Of a stretch of DNA of 64,000 bases, positions 40,111 through 53,636 are shown in pieces. Made by a program: the position numbers and the translations under genes. This DNA is from Callorhinchus milii (Eukaryota), in the NCBI RefSeq assembly GCF_018977255.1, contig NW_024704743.1, forward strand, positions 18,664,001 to 18,728,000, given 5' to 3'. The notes beneath the pieces are model-generated. The model worked only from the letters and a program-made list of their open reading frames with translations. It was not told the DNA's origin and made no database searches. Position 1 is the first letter of the stretch, and every line of letters begins with the position of its first letter.

Positions 40111-41463
40111 AAGTTGACTCAGAAACCTTGGTTAGTCATTTTCTAACTATGATGATAACAACTCAATAATCTGAATTGAATGTAGCAAGCTTCAAAATAG
40201 CATTAATAATATGAACATTCATTTTAAATTGCAATAACGATTTGCATTTATATCATGCCTTTGAAGAGGACATTTCAAAGAGCTTCACACGGCTGTCTGG
40301 GAGCCCAAATGGGGTTGTGGAAGGTGACCGAAACGTAGACCAGCATAGTTAAAATAAATGTTCAGAATCAAGATATTAAGATTGGTTAAAAGGCTATGGG
40401 GGAAAAGTCAAGCGAGTAAATGGATAGCATCTTAAGAGAGACAGCACAGGCACAATGGCTCAAATCAGCTCTGTACTCTAAGATTCTACAATTCAATTTC
40501 TTCACTAAACAGCTGTTTAATTCCCTCTTCAATTTAGTGACAGCATCAACCAACTTTCTGGATAGTCAACTTCATATATTTACCACTGTAGATAAAGTTT
40601 TGCCAAGTATTTTAAATAATGCTCATCTTCCCTCTTCGAAGTTTGAGAGCTTGTTACTAAAGATCTTTTTGCCATGTTAAACATATTCTTAGGGTTCAAT
40701 CCATTTTAATAGATAGAATAGATAATTAATAGATTGATTTAAAAAAAACATTTTTGGGAGGTTTCAATCATTATTCCTTAATTAATGGATCAAAGATCAG
40801 CAGATATGAAGAAATAACAAAATGAAATGTTCTTTATGTTGCTTGAAAGCTTCTCGGTATACTTTGACCCTTTTGGATTACGTTTGTAACTTTATACTTT
40901 GTTGAGCTGTCAGGGCTATTTACATATACATTGTACAATCTGACAGCATCCATTTTAGGTATTCTATTTTTATCAGAGAACAAAGTACACACAAAACTGC
41001 AATCACATTGGTAGTTGTATAAGACAGAGTTAGGTAAACAAAGCATCACCATTGGCAACGTGTTTATATTTAATCTCCAGAGCTCTAGTAATGTGCAGTG
41101 GTCTTTTCAATTAAAAATTCCTGTTTCTGACAATAAATTGCTTTGATTCTGCAGCAAAACATGCTAAACCCTCTTTTTTTAATAAAAATTCAAATTGAAT
41201 TTAAATGATCTTGGCATTGGAAATTTGGAAGAATAGTTGCCAGCTTTCGGAAATCAATAAAAAAAAATTCCACGGTTCTGAACGCAATGCGCTTACGTCA
41301 ACAGGGCAATAAAGGCTGACGTTTAATCTAGTGCTGAGGTAAAGTGTGAATCGTGTCCACACCCAAGGTGGGATACAAAGAGGCACAAGCACAGTGACAA
41401 TTAGATTTTTTTTTAACAGTTGAAGGATTTATTTAGAAGTGCTGTTCACCTTCAAAAAAGAAA

Positions 41464-41699
41464 ATGGGTTGGGGGAAGAAAATCAAGTTTGCAGTGTTTG
41501 AAGTCCTGGAGTTTCTTGCTTTGTGTATTCCCACAATTGTTATTGCAGAGCGACTTGCCTCCATTTTGGATAAACAGAGACCATACCAGGTTGTCTTGGC
41601 CTGTTCAGTTGCGTATGTTGCATGCGCAGCTTTGTTCGTCTGGGTTCCAGTGAAGTTTCTGATGTTCAAGAAGCGCATTCTATCCAATGTGAAAGAATG
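41464..41699 (+). CDS. TMEM236: TMEM236 coding exon 1 (MGWGKKIKFAVFEVLEFLALCIPTIVIAERLAS...WVPVKFLMFKKR...W)
   Basis: ATG in AAAATGG context, donor TG|GTAGG at 41700. Matches the TMEM236 N-terminus (IKFxxFExLEF, WVPVK). Syntenic position between STAM and MRC1. Confidence 0.92.
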
Positions 41700-42489
41700 G
41701 TAGGTGTTTACGAATACATGTGTAATAACTCACAGGCTTAGTATGTCTGGGCATTCTCCGCTCCAACAAATTCAATTGAAATCCTGTAAAAATAAGACTG
41801 AATGAACAACTCGGGGGATAAGACAAAAATCCTGGATGAGATTTAATTGACTGATTCTCAGGATATGGGTGATAATGAATGTATTCCTAGTTTTCCTGTA
41901 GAAGTGGTGATGGCTCTTCTTTTTAAATTGCTTGGTATGTTTGTCTCATAAGTGGAAATGTTTTTGTCTACAAAGTACCACACAGTTGAATGAGTTAGAA
42001 ATACCTGTGTTGAATCCAGGTTAATATACTTTCAGATTAAATATATTTAATACTTTCATTTGCCAGAATGCTAACTAAAAATGAACCCAGGTCCTAATGT
42101 GATTTGGGTATTAGGTCAGTCCAAGAGAGGAAGGACGGGGTGCTACGAAGGCAAAAACAGAAGTCGCTGGGAACACTCAGCAGACTTCTAAAGACGTATT
42201 GCTCTTCTCTTCGACAGTGTTGCCAGCAACTTCTGTTTTTGTTTTCAGATTTCCAGCATCTGCAGTATTTTGTGTTTTGCTAAGGAGGCAGCTATGTACG
42301 TGTAGCTACTTGTGGTACAAAGTTTCACTAACTAATACAGAATACCTGTCATTTTTTTTAAGTACAACTGCTCTTTAATAACATTAAAAGGTGCTGAGGA
42401 TCTTACTCAAAAACTTTAAACTGAATATTTGTTGAATTTTCAAATGTGTTTGAAATTGGCTTTGGTATAATGTAAACCTTGAGAATGAA

Positions 42490-43350
42490 TACAACAACAA
42501 CAAAATTACATTTGTGTGGCGCCTTTCACGTCAGGAGGACATCCCAAGGCGCTGGACAGTCAGAGTTTCGGACCCGAGCTGGGGGTGGGGGAGGGTGGAG
42601 GGTGGAGGGGGGAAGCAGGGAGATCGCAAGAGGAGAGTCTTGAGGTGGGTCTTGAAGTGGGCGAGGGAGGGGGCGTGACGGAGAGACTGTGGGATGGAGT
42701 TCCAGAGGGTGGGTGCAGAGTGGTGGAAGGCCCGCACGCCGATAGTGAGGCGAGCGAGGCGGGGGACGTGAAGCAGGCCGGAGCCCGCTGAGCGGAGGGA
42801 GCAAACAGGATGGTAGGGAGTTAGGAGGTCGGAGAGGTAGGGGGGAGCAAGACCGTGGAGGGCTTTGAAGGTGAGGACCAGGATCTTGAACTGTATCCTC
42901 TGAGTGATGGGAAACCGGTGGAGTTGGGCGAGGATAGGGGTGATAGGTTCACGAAGCCTGGTGCGGGAGAGGACACGGGCTGCAGTGTTCTGGATGATCT
43001 GCAGTCTGTGGAGGGAGGAGTTGGGGAGGCCGACAAGCAGTGAGTTTGCATAGTCGAGCCTCCATGTAATGAAAGCATGTTTGAGGGTTTTGGCGGCCTG
43101 TGGTGTGAGACAGTGTCGGAGCCGGGCGACGGTGAGGAGGTGAGGGAAGGCAGAGCGCGTCATGGCTCAAATGTGGGGTAGAAAGGATAGTTGAGGGTCG
43201 AACAAGACCCCAAGGTTCTGGACTGGCTTAGCAAGGTGGAGTGTGCATCCATGGATGGTGATACTGTCAGCGCCTGAGGTGAGGAGGCGCTGACGGGAGG
43301 AAATCAGGAGGGCCTCGGTCTTGTGACATTCAACTGAAGGAAGTTGAATG
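42490..43350 (-). mobile_element. L2 LINE 3' portion in TMEM236 intron 1
   Basis: 210-aa minus ORF with HAFITWRLDYANSLL...FKILVLTFKALHGLAPPYL; (CAA)n on the + strand. Confidence 0.92.
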
Positions 43351-43498
43351 GGGAGCACTATTGGCAAAATTACCATTCCACGATCTTCTACTCGTTGAAA
43401 TAGTTTAATATGTAAGGCACTTGATACAGTAGTAATGGCAATAATCCTGGAAATGCTGAACTCCTGTAGTCCAATGACTCTCTGTCTTTGTGTTTTAG

Positions 43499-43571
43499 GC
43501 AGCCAGTTTTACTCCTGCATTTGGTTCTCACAACACTGCCTTGCTTTGGGTTTATAATCGCAGGTTCACAG
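43499..43571 (+). CDS. TMEM236: TMEM236 coding exon 2 ((W)QPVLLLHLVLTTLPCFGFIIAGSQ)
   Basis: gttttAG acceptor, GTAAT donor at 43572, 73 nt, conserved VLTTLPC motif. Confidence 0.92.
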
Positions 43572-43910
43572 GTAATGCTGCATAATTATTTGTTGTTTAC
43601 ATCTCTGTATCCAGAAATCAGACAACGTTAGGAACTAGAATGTTCTTCACTCTCACTGGTAAATGACAACCAGTGTTCAGATCGTTCGAGAGGGGATGGT
43701 CAAAATTAATTTCTTCAACACGGTTTATTCTTTAATTAAGGAGCATTGTTAAAGTGTGTTTTAATATTCCCCTCCTCTGTCCCAACACTCCTGGCTCCAG
43801 TACAATGCTGGTTGTACCCTGCAATGTCAGATGTGCCACCCGTCAGATGAGTTGTTAAAATTTGACTATCTTAGTGTTTTCTGCTGATTTGTCTCTTGTC
43901 TTCTCAACAG

Positions 43911-44037
43911 GTACAAGGAACCACCGAACCACACAAAAACTACTTTGATATCCCCATATCCGTTGTCATAACAAGCCTGATTCTTGTGAGCATCATTGAA
44001 AAGCTTTGCAAATGGCCACTCACTGGAACACTAATAT
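43911..44037 (+). CDS. TMEM236: TMEM236 coding exon 3 (VQGTTEPHKNYFDIPISVVITSLILVSIIEKLCKWPLTGTLI)
   Basis: caacAG acceptor. The GTAGGT donor at 44038 was chosen because it gives the phase 1 needed by exon 4. DxPxS...IIEKL..PL.G motif present. Confidence 0.88.
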
Positions 44038-44319
44038 GTAGGTACAGTAATTGAAGTCTCACATGCATGATTGATCTTGTTTGAAACAGCAGCTAACAAC
44101 ACTGCATTATGAATTAACCAACATAGCTAATGACTATTGTGAACATACAACTAATTAAAATAGCAAAATATTTCTCTATGTGTTAGAATGCAGTATCAAT
44201 CACAGTATAACGTTGTACCTCTTCAATTGAGTATGCACCATGGAATTTAAAAATAACTCCAGGTCCAGCTTTGTAAATGCACTTAATTTATTCAGGGCTT
44301 GAAATCTACCTTGATTGGT

Positions 44320-44944
44320 TTGCAGAGAGGCAAGGAGCTGCTGTTCAAGCTTCTCACCTCCATCTGGCGGAACCATCACTCAAAGGGAAGGGACGTGGGT
44401 TCAAGCTGTGGGCAGGAAGATGGTGTCAACTCTCACACATTTTATCCTGAGTTGTGTTGCCCCCCAGGAAGCTCACAGAAAGTTCCTGGTACTTGCCATC
44501 CACCTAGTAAAGGCACAAACCTGTGCTTGTTGGATGTCAAATGATTAACTAGTGGCTATCCTCCTTGGAGGGAAAGTAAGCTGGGTCTCCTTGGAGCTAA
44601 ACTGCCTCGAATGTGATATGTTTGGTAAGGAATGATAGAATTGAGTCAATGCTCTGTGACGGACTCGATCGTCTGTTGGGTCTGTAGTAGTCCAGGGCAC
44701 TGCTGAGGACAGGTGAACGGCCTGACTCATTCGCAGGACTTCGAGGGGCAGGGGCTGGGTTTCTTCCCATTCAGACCCTGTTAATTCTTCAAACCAAAGC
44801 CCTTAAGGGTAGGGTGGACAAGCAGTGGGAAAACTGGCCAGACAGCATTTTCAATGGCAAGCTATGTGGATTTAACTGGTTAATTCCAGCAGTACTCAAA
44901 TGCACACTCTGGAGTCCCCAATCCTTGGCTCTTGCCAACCTGTA
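44320..44944. repeat. Unclassified dispersed repeat, copy B (inverted relative to A, C and D)
   Basis: Its reverse complement matches 20953-21065 (ggttggcaagagc..aag..ttggggactccagagtgtg) and 58560-58820. Confidence 0.75.
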
Positions 44945-46079
44945 CATAAAAATAAAGAGATTATCCGGCTGATCCTCAGTGTTAGAATAGACAAATTGTG
45001 TTTCAACATATTAAAGTAACGTGAAATAAAAAGAAAAAAACTTTGGCCAAACTACAGCTTAAAATTTTACTTAAATTGTTTCAAATGTGCAGCACAATTT
45101 ATTATGTTTTCCTAATATAAATATATTAATGTATTATCTTTATTAGCTGCCTTGCTTTTCTGTATATGGCATCTTTGAACATCTCTTATGCAACTGACGT
45201 AATTGAGCTGAATCAGTCTTCATGAAGTGTAACCTTCATGATGCTGCATATCATTTACTAGAATATAGTGCATTTCCTTTATGATTTTACACATTAGAAT
45301 TTGCTGTTTAATTCACTGTCATATTTGTTATGGAAATGGATATTAATCTTGTTGCTTTGATTCGATGTCACGTTACAATACTAATAATCCTTACATTTGA
45401 TATAGCACCATTCATCTCAGTTGAACGTCTGAAACAGCTTCACAGAGCATACTGTAAACAACAACTTGCATTGATAAAACACTGCTCATGCAGGATAGTG
45501 TCCCAGAGTATTCGACAGTGGCGGAGCATGATGCCGAGCCACTGGGTAGGTGTCTGTAAGCTCCCTCACTCTCCAATCCCTCCGCCTTGCCACATCTCTC
45601 CTGTTTTTCAAGTCCTGCCTGAAAAACTTCCTCTTCAACTGTGCTTACGGTCACCTTCCCCCACCCCCCTGGCTTGGAGTCAGGCTCCGCCACTGCTAAG
45701 CGTTATGAGATCTTACCCTGCGTGGAGGCACTATATAAGTGTAAGTTTTTGTTGTTGTAAGCACATCGAAGAGGATGCTCTTCAGGCGCAACCTGAAGAT
45801 AGGGAAGGAGGGGGGCAAGACGTAGGCATAGATAGAGGGAGAGTGTTCCAGAGTTTTGGAGCATAAAGTTTAGTAACTGTGTGTTTTGTAGGCAAACGCG
45901 GCAGCCAATTTGCGCAGAGCCCAATGACTAATTTTATTTTGTGTTACACTGCATATATGGCCGACTTAAAGCACAAGACGGGCAGGGAGAAGAGATTTTC
46001 ACCAAAGTGTTATCAGTTGAGCATAATATGGTTGTGGGTTTGCTTTTGATCCCTCCTTCCTATTAGTTTCTATAAATGC

Positions 46080-46490
46080 CTCTGAGAGGAGTGCTAAGTA
46101 ACCATAAGTGAAACAATGAGAGGGACAATTGAGGGTTTGCCTCCAAGTCGAGCAGGACAGCAATGGTCCTGGAATCGAGGGGCAAAGAGATAGAGTTGGG
46201 TGTTTTCCTTATACATATGAAAGTTAATGCAGATACCATTGCCATGTGGGAACATGTAAATATTAAAGAGAGCACCGAGGATAGATCCCCGAGGAATGGC
46301 TTGAGGACGGGAGGAGAAGCCGTTGGCAGATATGAATTGGAGACAATGGGATAAGTAAGAATGAAAGTGAGGAAAGGATGTGGCAAAGAATACAATGGTT
46401 GCCAATGTCGAAGGCAGAAATTAGGTCAAGAAGGACAAGGAGGCTGAGAGAGCCCTGATCACATATTAGAGAATATCATCTGTGACTTTT
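46080..46490 (-). mobile_element. Decayed L2 RT fragment
   Basis: Minus-strand peptide PRGSILGALFNIYM...FHMYKENTQLY (degenerate RT motifs). Confidence 0.7.
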
Positions 46491-46750
46491 TACCAGGATA
46501 GATGCAGTATCACTTTTGAATAAATCTTATGAAGCACTTTGAAAGATCTTCCCAACACCAACATTCACTTCAGCACTTGCTACAGGACATCGCTGCATGC
46601 ATTTTGGCTGCTGTGTTCACCTACAAATTAATCTCTACCCTCTAATAAAATCCTGTGAAGCTCTTTGAAATGTTTTGTTGACACAGAGCAACATCAAATG
46701 CAACGATTATTGTATTCCGGATTTACTAATGCTATTGATATATTCCACAG

Positions 46751-47373
46751 CTAATCATGTGAATGTGATTTTCGCCAATGGACCTGTGCTCACAAACATA
46801 GGAGGGGTGTCAAATGTGTCCGGGGAAATGGCCAGATCACCGGAACAAATTGCAACAGCTGCAGGAGTGGTTGAGAATGGATCTGTACCACCTGCTGAAG
46901 AAATAACTTCAAGACCTCAACGTGAATCTGTAACAAGTTCACATCCAAATGCCATCATGAACGATAGCTCAGAATGTAAACTGCCCAAGTCTCTTAAAAT
47001 CCTAGCTGTGAAGGACTGCAGAGCTGAAATATTTGTGACCGCATTCATGACCTGGATGGATACCATAGAGTTACTAAGAGTTGCAGACGTTCCAGCTGTG
47101 AACAAAACAGGATGGATTTACCCCATTTATATTTTCGGCTTCATATCACTTTTAAGAATAATTATAAATTCAGAAAATCCCTTATGCGATACTCTGGGGG
47201 TAATCGCACAGGACTTTCCATTCATTTTTATTCGGATCAGTTTAATTGCAGTGTACGGATTTGTGACTCCTGTTCTATATCTATTGAAAAATATTATTGT
47301 CGTCACAACTTATCTCTACTTCAACTTCTTGAGAAAGCTAAGAATTTTTGATCACAGCCAGCAGGACTTCTAA
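46751..47373 (+). CDS. TMEM236: TMEM236 last coding exon (...DCRAEIFVTAFMTWMDTIELLRVA...QDFPFIFIR...YFNFLRKLRIFDHSQQDF*)
   Basis: ccacAG acceptor at 46749-46750, TAA stop. The four exons sum to 1059 nt, giving a 352-aa multi-pass membrane protein. Confidence 0.93.
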
Positions 47374-48052
47374 TAGTGGGGCCCAATTATTTGAACTGTT
47401 TACTCCCCCTCCCCATATTGAAGGCACTTAATATATAAACATATATATATTTCTTTGGCATTGGGATGAGACTGCCTGTTGGAGAACCATGGAGTGAATG
47501 ATATATTTGGTTGAGTTCCCAGTAAAAGCTGCATTCCGGTGGGACAGTTACTTTGCAACACACACCTCCGCACAGCAAGAATGAAAATCCCTAGGCCTTT
47601 CTCGCACATCTAGATGGATTAGAATACATTAAAATACGCAGCACAGAAACAGGCCACTTGGCCCAATTGGACTATGCCGATTGACTCAGTACAACAGTCA
47701 GTGAATGGATGCCTGTTCACTTTCTCAGCAGCAGGTAGCAAAGGAAATCACAGTGATTGGGGATGAACAGAAAGATTTTCATAATGGTGATGATAGCGAA
47801 TATATAAGTACAATGTCTACTTAACCACATGAAAATATTGAGGGTCCGAAACATGGCATTTGTATGTAAGTGGGAAGTTATGTAGATTTTTCATGCCAGT
47901 AAATCGAAACCTGTCATGCTTACCAACGGACAGGAATTCTACTTCTGTCTACTTCTGGAGTAGAGTTCCCACAGGTTTATGTGACGAATTCTAGCTACCA
48001 GCCTGCTCCACTATTTGCAGCTCAACAGTCACTTTTTCTGACTTCCTATTAT

Positions 48053-48415
48053 CAACAACAACTTGCATTTATATAGCGCCCTCCACGCCGGGTGACGTCT
48101 CAGAGCGCTTAACAATGGCGAGCCTGAGGCCGAGCCGGGGAAGGGGGAAGGTGACTATAGGCGTGGTCGAAGAGTAAGGTCTTCAGGTGCAACTTGAAGA
48201 TGGATAAGGAGGGGGCGAGGTGAAGGGGTTGAGGGAGGGAGTTCCAAAGTTTCAGGGTGTAGTGGCTGAGGGCACGGTTACCAATGGTGGAGTGGAGGAT
48301 TCGGGGGACACGCGAGGAGGCCGGACCCAGTAGAGCGGAGGCAGTGAGTTCTGCTGTGGAGAGAGAGAAGGTCAGAGAGATAGGGGTTGCCAAGGAATGG
48401 AGGGATTTAAACACT
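48053..48415 (-). mobile_element. L2 3' fragment in the probable TMEM236 3' UTR
   Basis: FKSLHSLA...LWNSLP...HLKTLLF plus L2 tail. Confidence 0.85.
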
Positions 48416-49198
48416 AAATATATAATTTTAATATATCATCCTAGTGATGGGAAATAGATAATTTTCTTAAATCTTGGATTCTTTCCACACTTTCCCACCA
48501 AAATCATCAGCTGCCCCCAAACCTCATGCCCCACATTCCCTGTACATTTCAGTGTCATACTAGAACTGCGTGACCTTTCCATTTCTCAATTTACCCTTGA
48601 GAAACCCCCTCCCCACACCCCCCACCTGCAAACCAACTATTGAATACAGCGGCACAATGTATAATGCGGGGATTCTGTGTTGTAATAGTATATAGAGAGG
48701 AAGTTCAATTGCAAAGCGATACCATTTGTTCTTTCACTCATGTGAGTCAGATTTGGGTCGAAAAGTTTTTTTGATTAGCTGGTTGTGGTTTGCAGACTAT
48801 GAAAATTATAAATTGGAGCTTCTGCAAACATAATTATCAAATCATTCCAGTAAAACTGAACTACCTTAACAGAAAGGCCTTTTAAGACGTCCTCCTGATG
48901 TGAAAGGCGCTATACAAATACTATTTGTTGTTGTTGTTGTTGATGTTGCCTGATGTGTGGAAACTCATCACCATGCTAAAGGGTAACCAAACCAAATTGA
49001 AAGTTCCATGCAGCCCATCTACACTTGGACATTCCTGTCCAAAGGTAAAGAACAATATTCTGAAGATACGAACGCTCTAATCAGTGAGCAACAATAATTT
49101 AAATTCTTAGCATTTTATTAGTTACACAATCTATTGATTGTAAATATTTGTGATCTTTGTTTTGTCGAGCACTATAGGTTCTGAGGATGTGAAGCTTA

Positions 49199-49504
49199 AA
49201 TAATAATAATTCTTGCATTTGATATAGTGCTTTTCACGTCTTCTAGACGTCTCAAAGCGCTTCACAGAATATGCTGTAAAGTGAATTGACTGTATATTTG
49301 TAGGCGAAACGTGGCAGCCAATTGTGCACAGCAGTGTCCCACAAACAGTCGTGGATTGAAAATGACTAATTTTTTTTGTTTTGGAGGGATTATTATTGGG
49401 CGTGTGGAGTAAGGAAAGTTGCTCAAGGTTTCATGCTACCTGGAATTGAACCCAGGTGTCTCGCTTGCAAGGCGAGTGCTCTAACCACTGAGCTACAGGA
49501 CTCC
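49199..49504 (-). mobile_element. Full-length tRNA-derived SINE, well preserved
   Basis: Minus strand reads ggagtcctgtagctcagtggttagagcactcgccttgcaagcgaga..., then core and (TTA)n tail. Confidence 0.88.
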
Positions 49505-50017
49505 ACTTAAAGTTCGTTGTGTTAGATTTTATGGAGTTGTTCTTGCTTCTCAGTCTCAGGATGCATTAAATATGAATTAAAATAATGTTTTCTTTCACAA
49601 ACTGCAAACTGTTTTACAGAACATGAAAATGATAAGTTGAATCTTCTACAAACATGGTTATCAAAGCATTCCAGTAAAACTGAACTACTGTAACAAAGTA
49701 ATAAATTATACAGAAGTGTCACCCATGTTCACAGACCATTTAAACATTGCAATACTTCTCACATTCAGGCTAGAGAATGTATAATTTATTAGAATTAAAA
49801 CAGTTTATATTCCTCTGGTTGCACAGTTGTATCCCATGATCAGGCTTGATTTATTCATTGCTCAGAGGCAATCTTTGCAGTATAATATCGTAATGCAAGG
49901 CATGACGTACCATATGTTGATTAGAAACACTTTGTTTTCTATATGCACATGTATGAAGGATCTTGATTCTTTACTAAACAAATTTGCTAACTTACACATA
50001 AAATTTTTTTGAATGCA

Positions 50018-50023
50018 AATAAA
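50018..50023 (+). terminator. Candidate TMEM236 polyadenylation signal
   Basis: AATAAA preceded by U-rich sequence and followed by CA dinucleotides and a GU/U-rich tract (tgtgctttctatttcatgttg). Confidence 0.45.
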
Positions 50024-50296
50024 ACAAACTTTAAAACAATCACATCATGTGCTTTCTATTTCATGTTGAAAAGTAAATAGTGCAGGTAGTGAAGGAATCC
50101 AGCCTGCTCCTGTACTCCAAGCTGGGCAGGAGGATGAATCTATGGCCTGAGAGTAAGCCACATGGGCCATTTCCATTCCTGGAGTTACATTAAGCAGTGC
50201 ACTGAATGTAGGTGTCAGAGCCCAGAGATGGCATCCGTCTTGCCTCCTTCTCTTGCTATCTTACCTTCTATTGTCATACCTTTCTCCTGCCATTGC

Positions 50297-50324
50297 CTTC
50301 CTTCCTTCCTTCCTTCCTTCCTTC
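50297..50324 (+). repeat. (CCTT)n microsatellite
   Basis: Direct reading of the sequence. Confidence 0.9.
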
Positions 50325-51282
50325 TCCTCCTGCCATCTTGCCACCTCCTTTTCCTGCCGCCTGCAGCAATCATACATCACCCTCCACAAGCTGACATGCA
50401 CTGCCAATCATGTACCACTCATAACTCCTTCAGAACAAGTACAAAAAAATGACATTACACACGATCACGAGAAGTTCGGTTCAAGGAGATCGTTTAGCCT
50501 GTTTGATCTTATTCATCCAGAATTCTCACCTTTCTGTTTTCCCACTACGGCATCAAGCTGTTTCTTGAATTAGTCCGGTGTCCTGTCTGATCAAAGAACC
50601 AGCTCAAATGCTCAAACCATAACATCTAATATGCAGAAAAAACATCAACAGTTCTTACCTCAAAACATTCGGGAATTAAAATGAGAAGCTGTTTTTCCAA
50701 ACTCTCCAGGACTCCACTCCCTGTTCTTGCTGTTTAACAAGTGTGGTCCCAAATATTCTTGTTAGAATCATATTGCCTTCAAATTTAAAAACATGTGAAA
50801 TTTTCAAAAATTGTCTTAATTTGAAAGCTGATTTTCCAGAGTTTGATTTGGATACTTTGCAAAACCAACTTCCAAATTTAGATTCTTTAAAACTATCTGC
50901 ACAAATTCTGCACATCCTTAACTATTATAACACTGGTCTGAAGCTAATGAATATGAGAAATTTTGGACCTCAGAAGTAGAAAGGATAATTTTCTTTGCTT
51001 TCTCAAACATCAACCTTGGGACTTTGTTTGCGAATCTAACAAAATTATAAATAATGGCAATAATAATTGATAATGAAACTCATTGAGATTAAATAATAAT
51101 CCTTGTATTTGATTTAGCTCCTTATCACATCATTGAAGCTTCTCAAAGCACTCCACAGGATTATACTGTGTAGCGTAGTGACTGTAATTGTAGGTGAAAT
51201 ATAAGACAATATATAACATAATCCTATTATGAGTGTATAATCTGCAACACTCGTAAAAAGATTTTACGACAAGAAGTCGAAA

Positions 51283-53636
51283 TTAAAGGCGCTATATCTG
51301 AATGCACGAAGCATTCGTAATAAGATAGTTAATTAACAGCACAAATAGAAACAAACGGATATGATCTAATAGCCATTACTGAGATGTGGTTATAAGGGAA
51401 TCAAGGATGGGGCTAAATATTCTGGGGTATTCAATGTGGAAAATGAGGTGGGGGTGGGTGGGGTTGGGGGGGTAGCTGTGTTAATAAAGGATGGGATAAA
51501 AACAGTGGAGAGGAAGAATTTTAAATCATAAAATCAGGATGCAGAGTCAGTATGGGTGGAATTACGAAATAACAAGGGCCAGAAAACACGAGTGGGAGTA
51601 GTTTATAAACCCCCAAACAGCAGTCACAGTATTGCGCAGAGTATTAACCAGGAAATTATAGAAGCATGTAGCAAAGGAAATACACTAATAGTGGGTGATT
51701 TTAATCTTCATATAGATTGGGAAAACCAAATTGGCAAAGGTAAGTTAGAGTAGGAGTTTATAGAATGCATTAGAGATAGTTTTCTAGATCAGTATGCTGA
51801 GGAACCAACCAGGGAACAGGCGATCCTAGATCTTGTTTAATGTAATGAAATAGGGCTAATATGCAATCTGGAAGTTAAGGCTCCTCTAGAGGAGAGTGAT
51901 TGTAGCATGATGGAATTTAGCATTAAGTTAGAGAGTGATGTAGTTAAGTCCGAAGCAAGGGTCTTAAATTTAAATAGAACCAACTTTGCAGATATGAGAG
52001 GATTTAGCTAAAATAGCCTGGGGAAATAAATTAAAGGATATGAGTAGACCAGCAATGGCAAACCTTTAACGATTTAGTACATAACTCCCAGTGATCACAT
52101 ATTCTCTTGAGGAATAAAAATACCACGGGAAAAGTGGTTCAACCATGGCTAACTAGAGCAGTTTAGGGAAAGTATAAAATTAAAAGAAGAAGTCTATAAT
52201 ATCGCCAAAAAGAACAGTAGACCTGAGAATTCTGAGGGCTTCAGAAACCAACAAAGAAAGACTAAGAAACTGATTAAGAGGGAGAAAATGGATTATGAGG
52301 GCAAACTAGCTAGGAACATAAAGACAGACTACAAGAGTTTTTGCAAATACATTAAGAGGAAGAGACTAGCAAAAGTGAAAAGTCCATTACAGGCAAAGAC
52401 AGGAGGAATTATAATGGAGGATCAAGATATGGCAGAATCCTTAAACAAATATTTTGCTTCTGTCTTCATGTTAGAAGACACGGAAAACTTACCAATAATA
52501 GAGGGGAATCAAGAAGCTAATATTAGTGAGCAACTTAGGGAAGTTAACATCAGTAAAGAATTAGCACTAGGGAAACTGTTGGGATTGAAAAATGACAAAT
52601 CCCCTGGACCTGATGGCCTGCATCCTAGGGTTTTAAAAGAGGTGGCTGCTGAGATAGTGGATGCCTTGTTTTTGATCTTCCAAAATTCTCTGGATTCTGG
52701 AACGGTTCCCATTGATTGGAAGATCACAAACGTAACATCACTATTTAAGAAGGGTGGGAGAGAGAAGATGGGAAACTATGGACCAGTCAGTCTGACCTCA
52801 GTGGTAGGGAAGATTCTAGAGTCCTTAATTAGGGACGTCGTAGTGGGATACTTAGAGGACCATAACATGACTCGGCAGAGTCAACATGGTTTTACAAAAG
52901 GGAAGTCATGTTTAACAAATCTTTTAGGGTTTTTTGAGGATGTAACAAGCAGGTTAGATAGGGGGGAACCAGTAGATGTAGTATATTTAGATTTTCAGAA
53001 GTCGCTCGACAAGGTGCCACATAAACGATTGCTACACAAGATTAGGGCACATGGAATTAAAGGCAATATATTAGCATGGATCGAAGAGTGGATAACGGGA
53101 AGAAAAGAGAGAGTAGGGATAAACGGGTCCTTCTCAGATTGGCAAGATGTGACATGGATCAGTTCTTGGGCCTCAACCATTTACAATCTATATCAATAAT
53201 CTGGACGAGGACATAGAACTTAAAATATCTAAATTCGCGAATGATACTAAGCTAGGTGGGAGAGTAAGTTCTGAGGATGACACAACATGATTGCAAAGGG
53301 ATATAGATAGGCTAGGTAAGTGGGGCAAGAAGATGGCAGATGGAATATAATGTGGGGAATTGTGAAGTTATTCACCTGGGTAGTAAAAACAGATTATTTT
53401 CTAGAAGGGCAGAGACTAGATAGTGTTAGTGTTCAGAGGGATCTGGGTGTCCTTGTACACCAGTCACAAAACATTAGTATGCAGGTACAGCAAACAACTA
53501 GGAAGGCTAATGACATGTTGGCATTAATTGCAAAAGGGTTAGAATACAAGATTAGGGAAGTCTTGCTGCAACTGTATAGGGCCTTGGTGAGACCGCACCT
53601 AGAATATTGTATGCAGTTTTGGTCTCCTTATTTAGG
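51283..53636 (+). mobile_element. CR1 LINE ORF2 (APE endonuclease plus reverse transcriptase), inactivated and 3' truncated
   Basis: LKALYLNARSIRNK, AITEMW, VGDFN, KSPGPDG, QHGFTKGKSCLTNL, YLDFQK and RPHLEYC, with several stops and frameshifts. Confidence 0.95.

Noticed and set aside
46675..46750. N-terminal extension of the 232-aa ORF as a standalone gene
   Set aside because: It starts at TTG inside a SINE tail within the intron. Real coding begins at the acceptor at 46751.
50162..50573. Overlapping Pro/Ser/Leu-rich ORFs
   Set aside because: They are produced by the (CCTT)n microsatellite and a pyrimidine-rich tract.
52288..53199. 303-aa reverse transcriptase ORF as a domesticated or novel RT system
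   Set aside because: It is part of an ordinary CR1 ORF2 broken by stops and frameshifts on both sides. The catalytic region is out of frame and degenerate (FANDTK).
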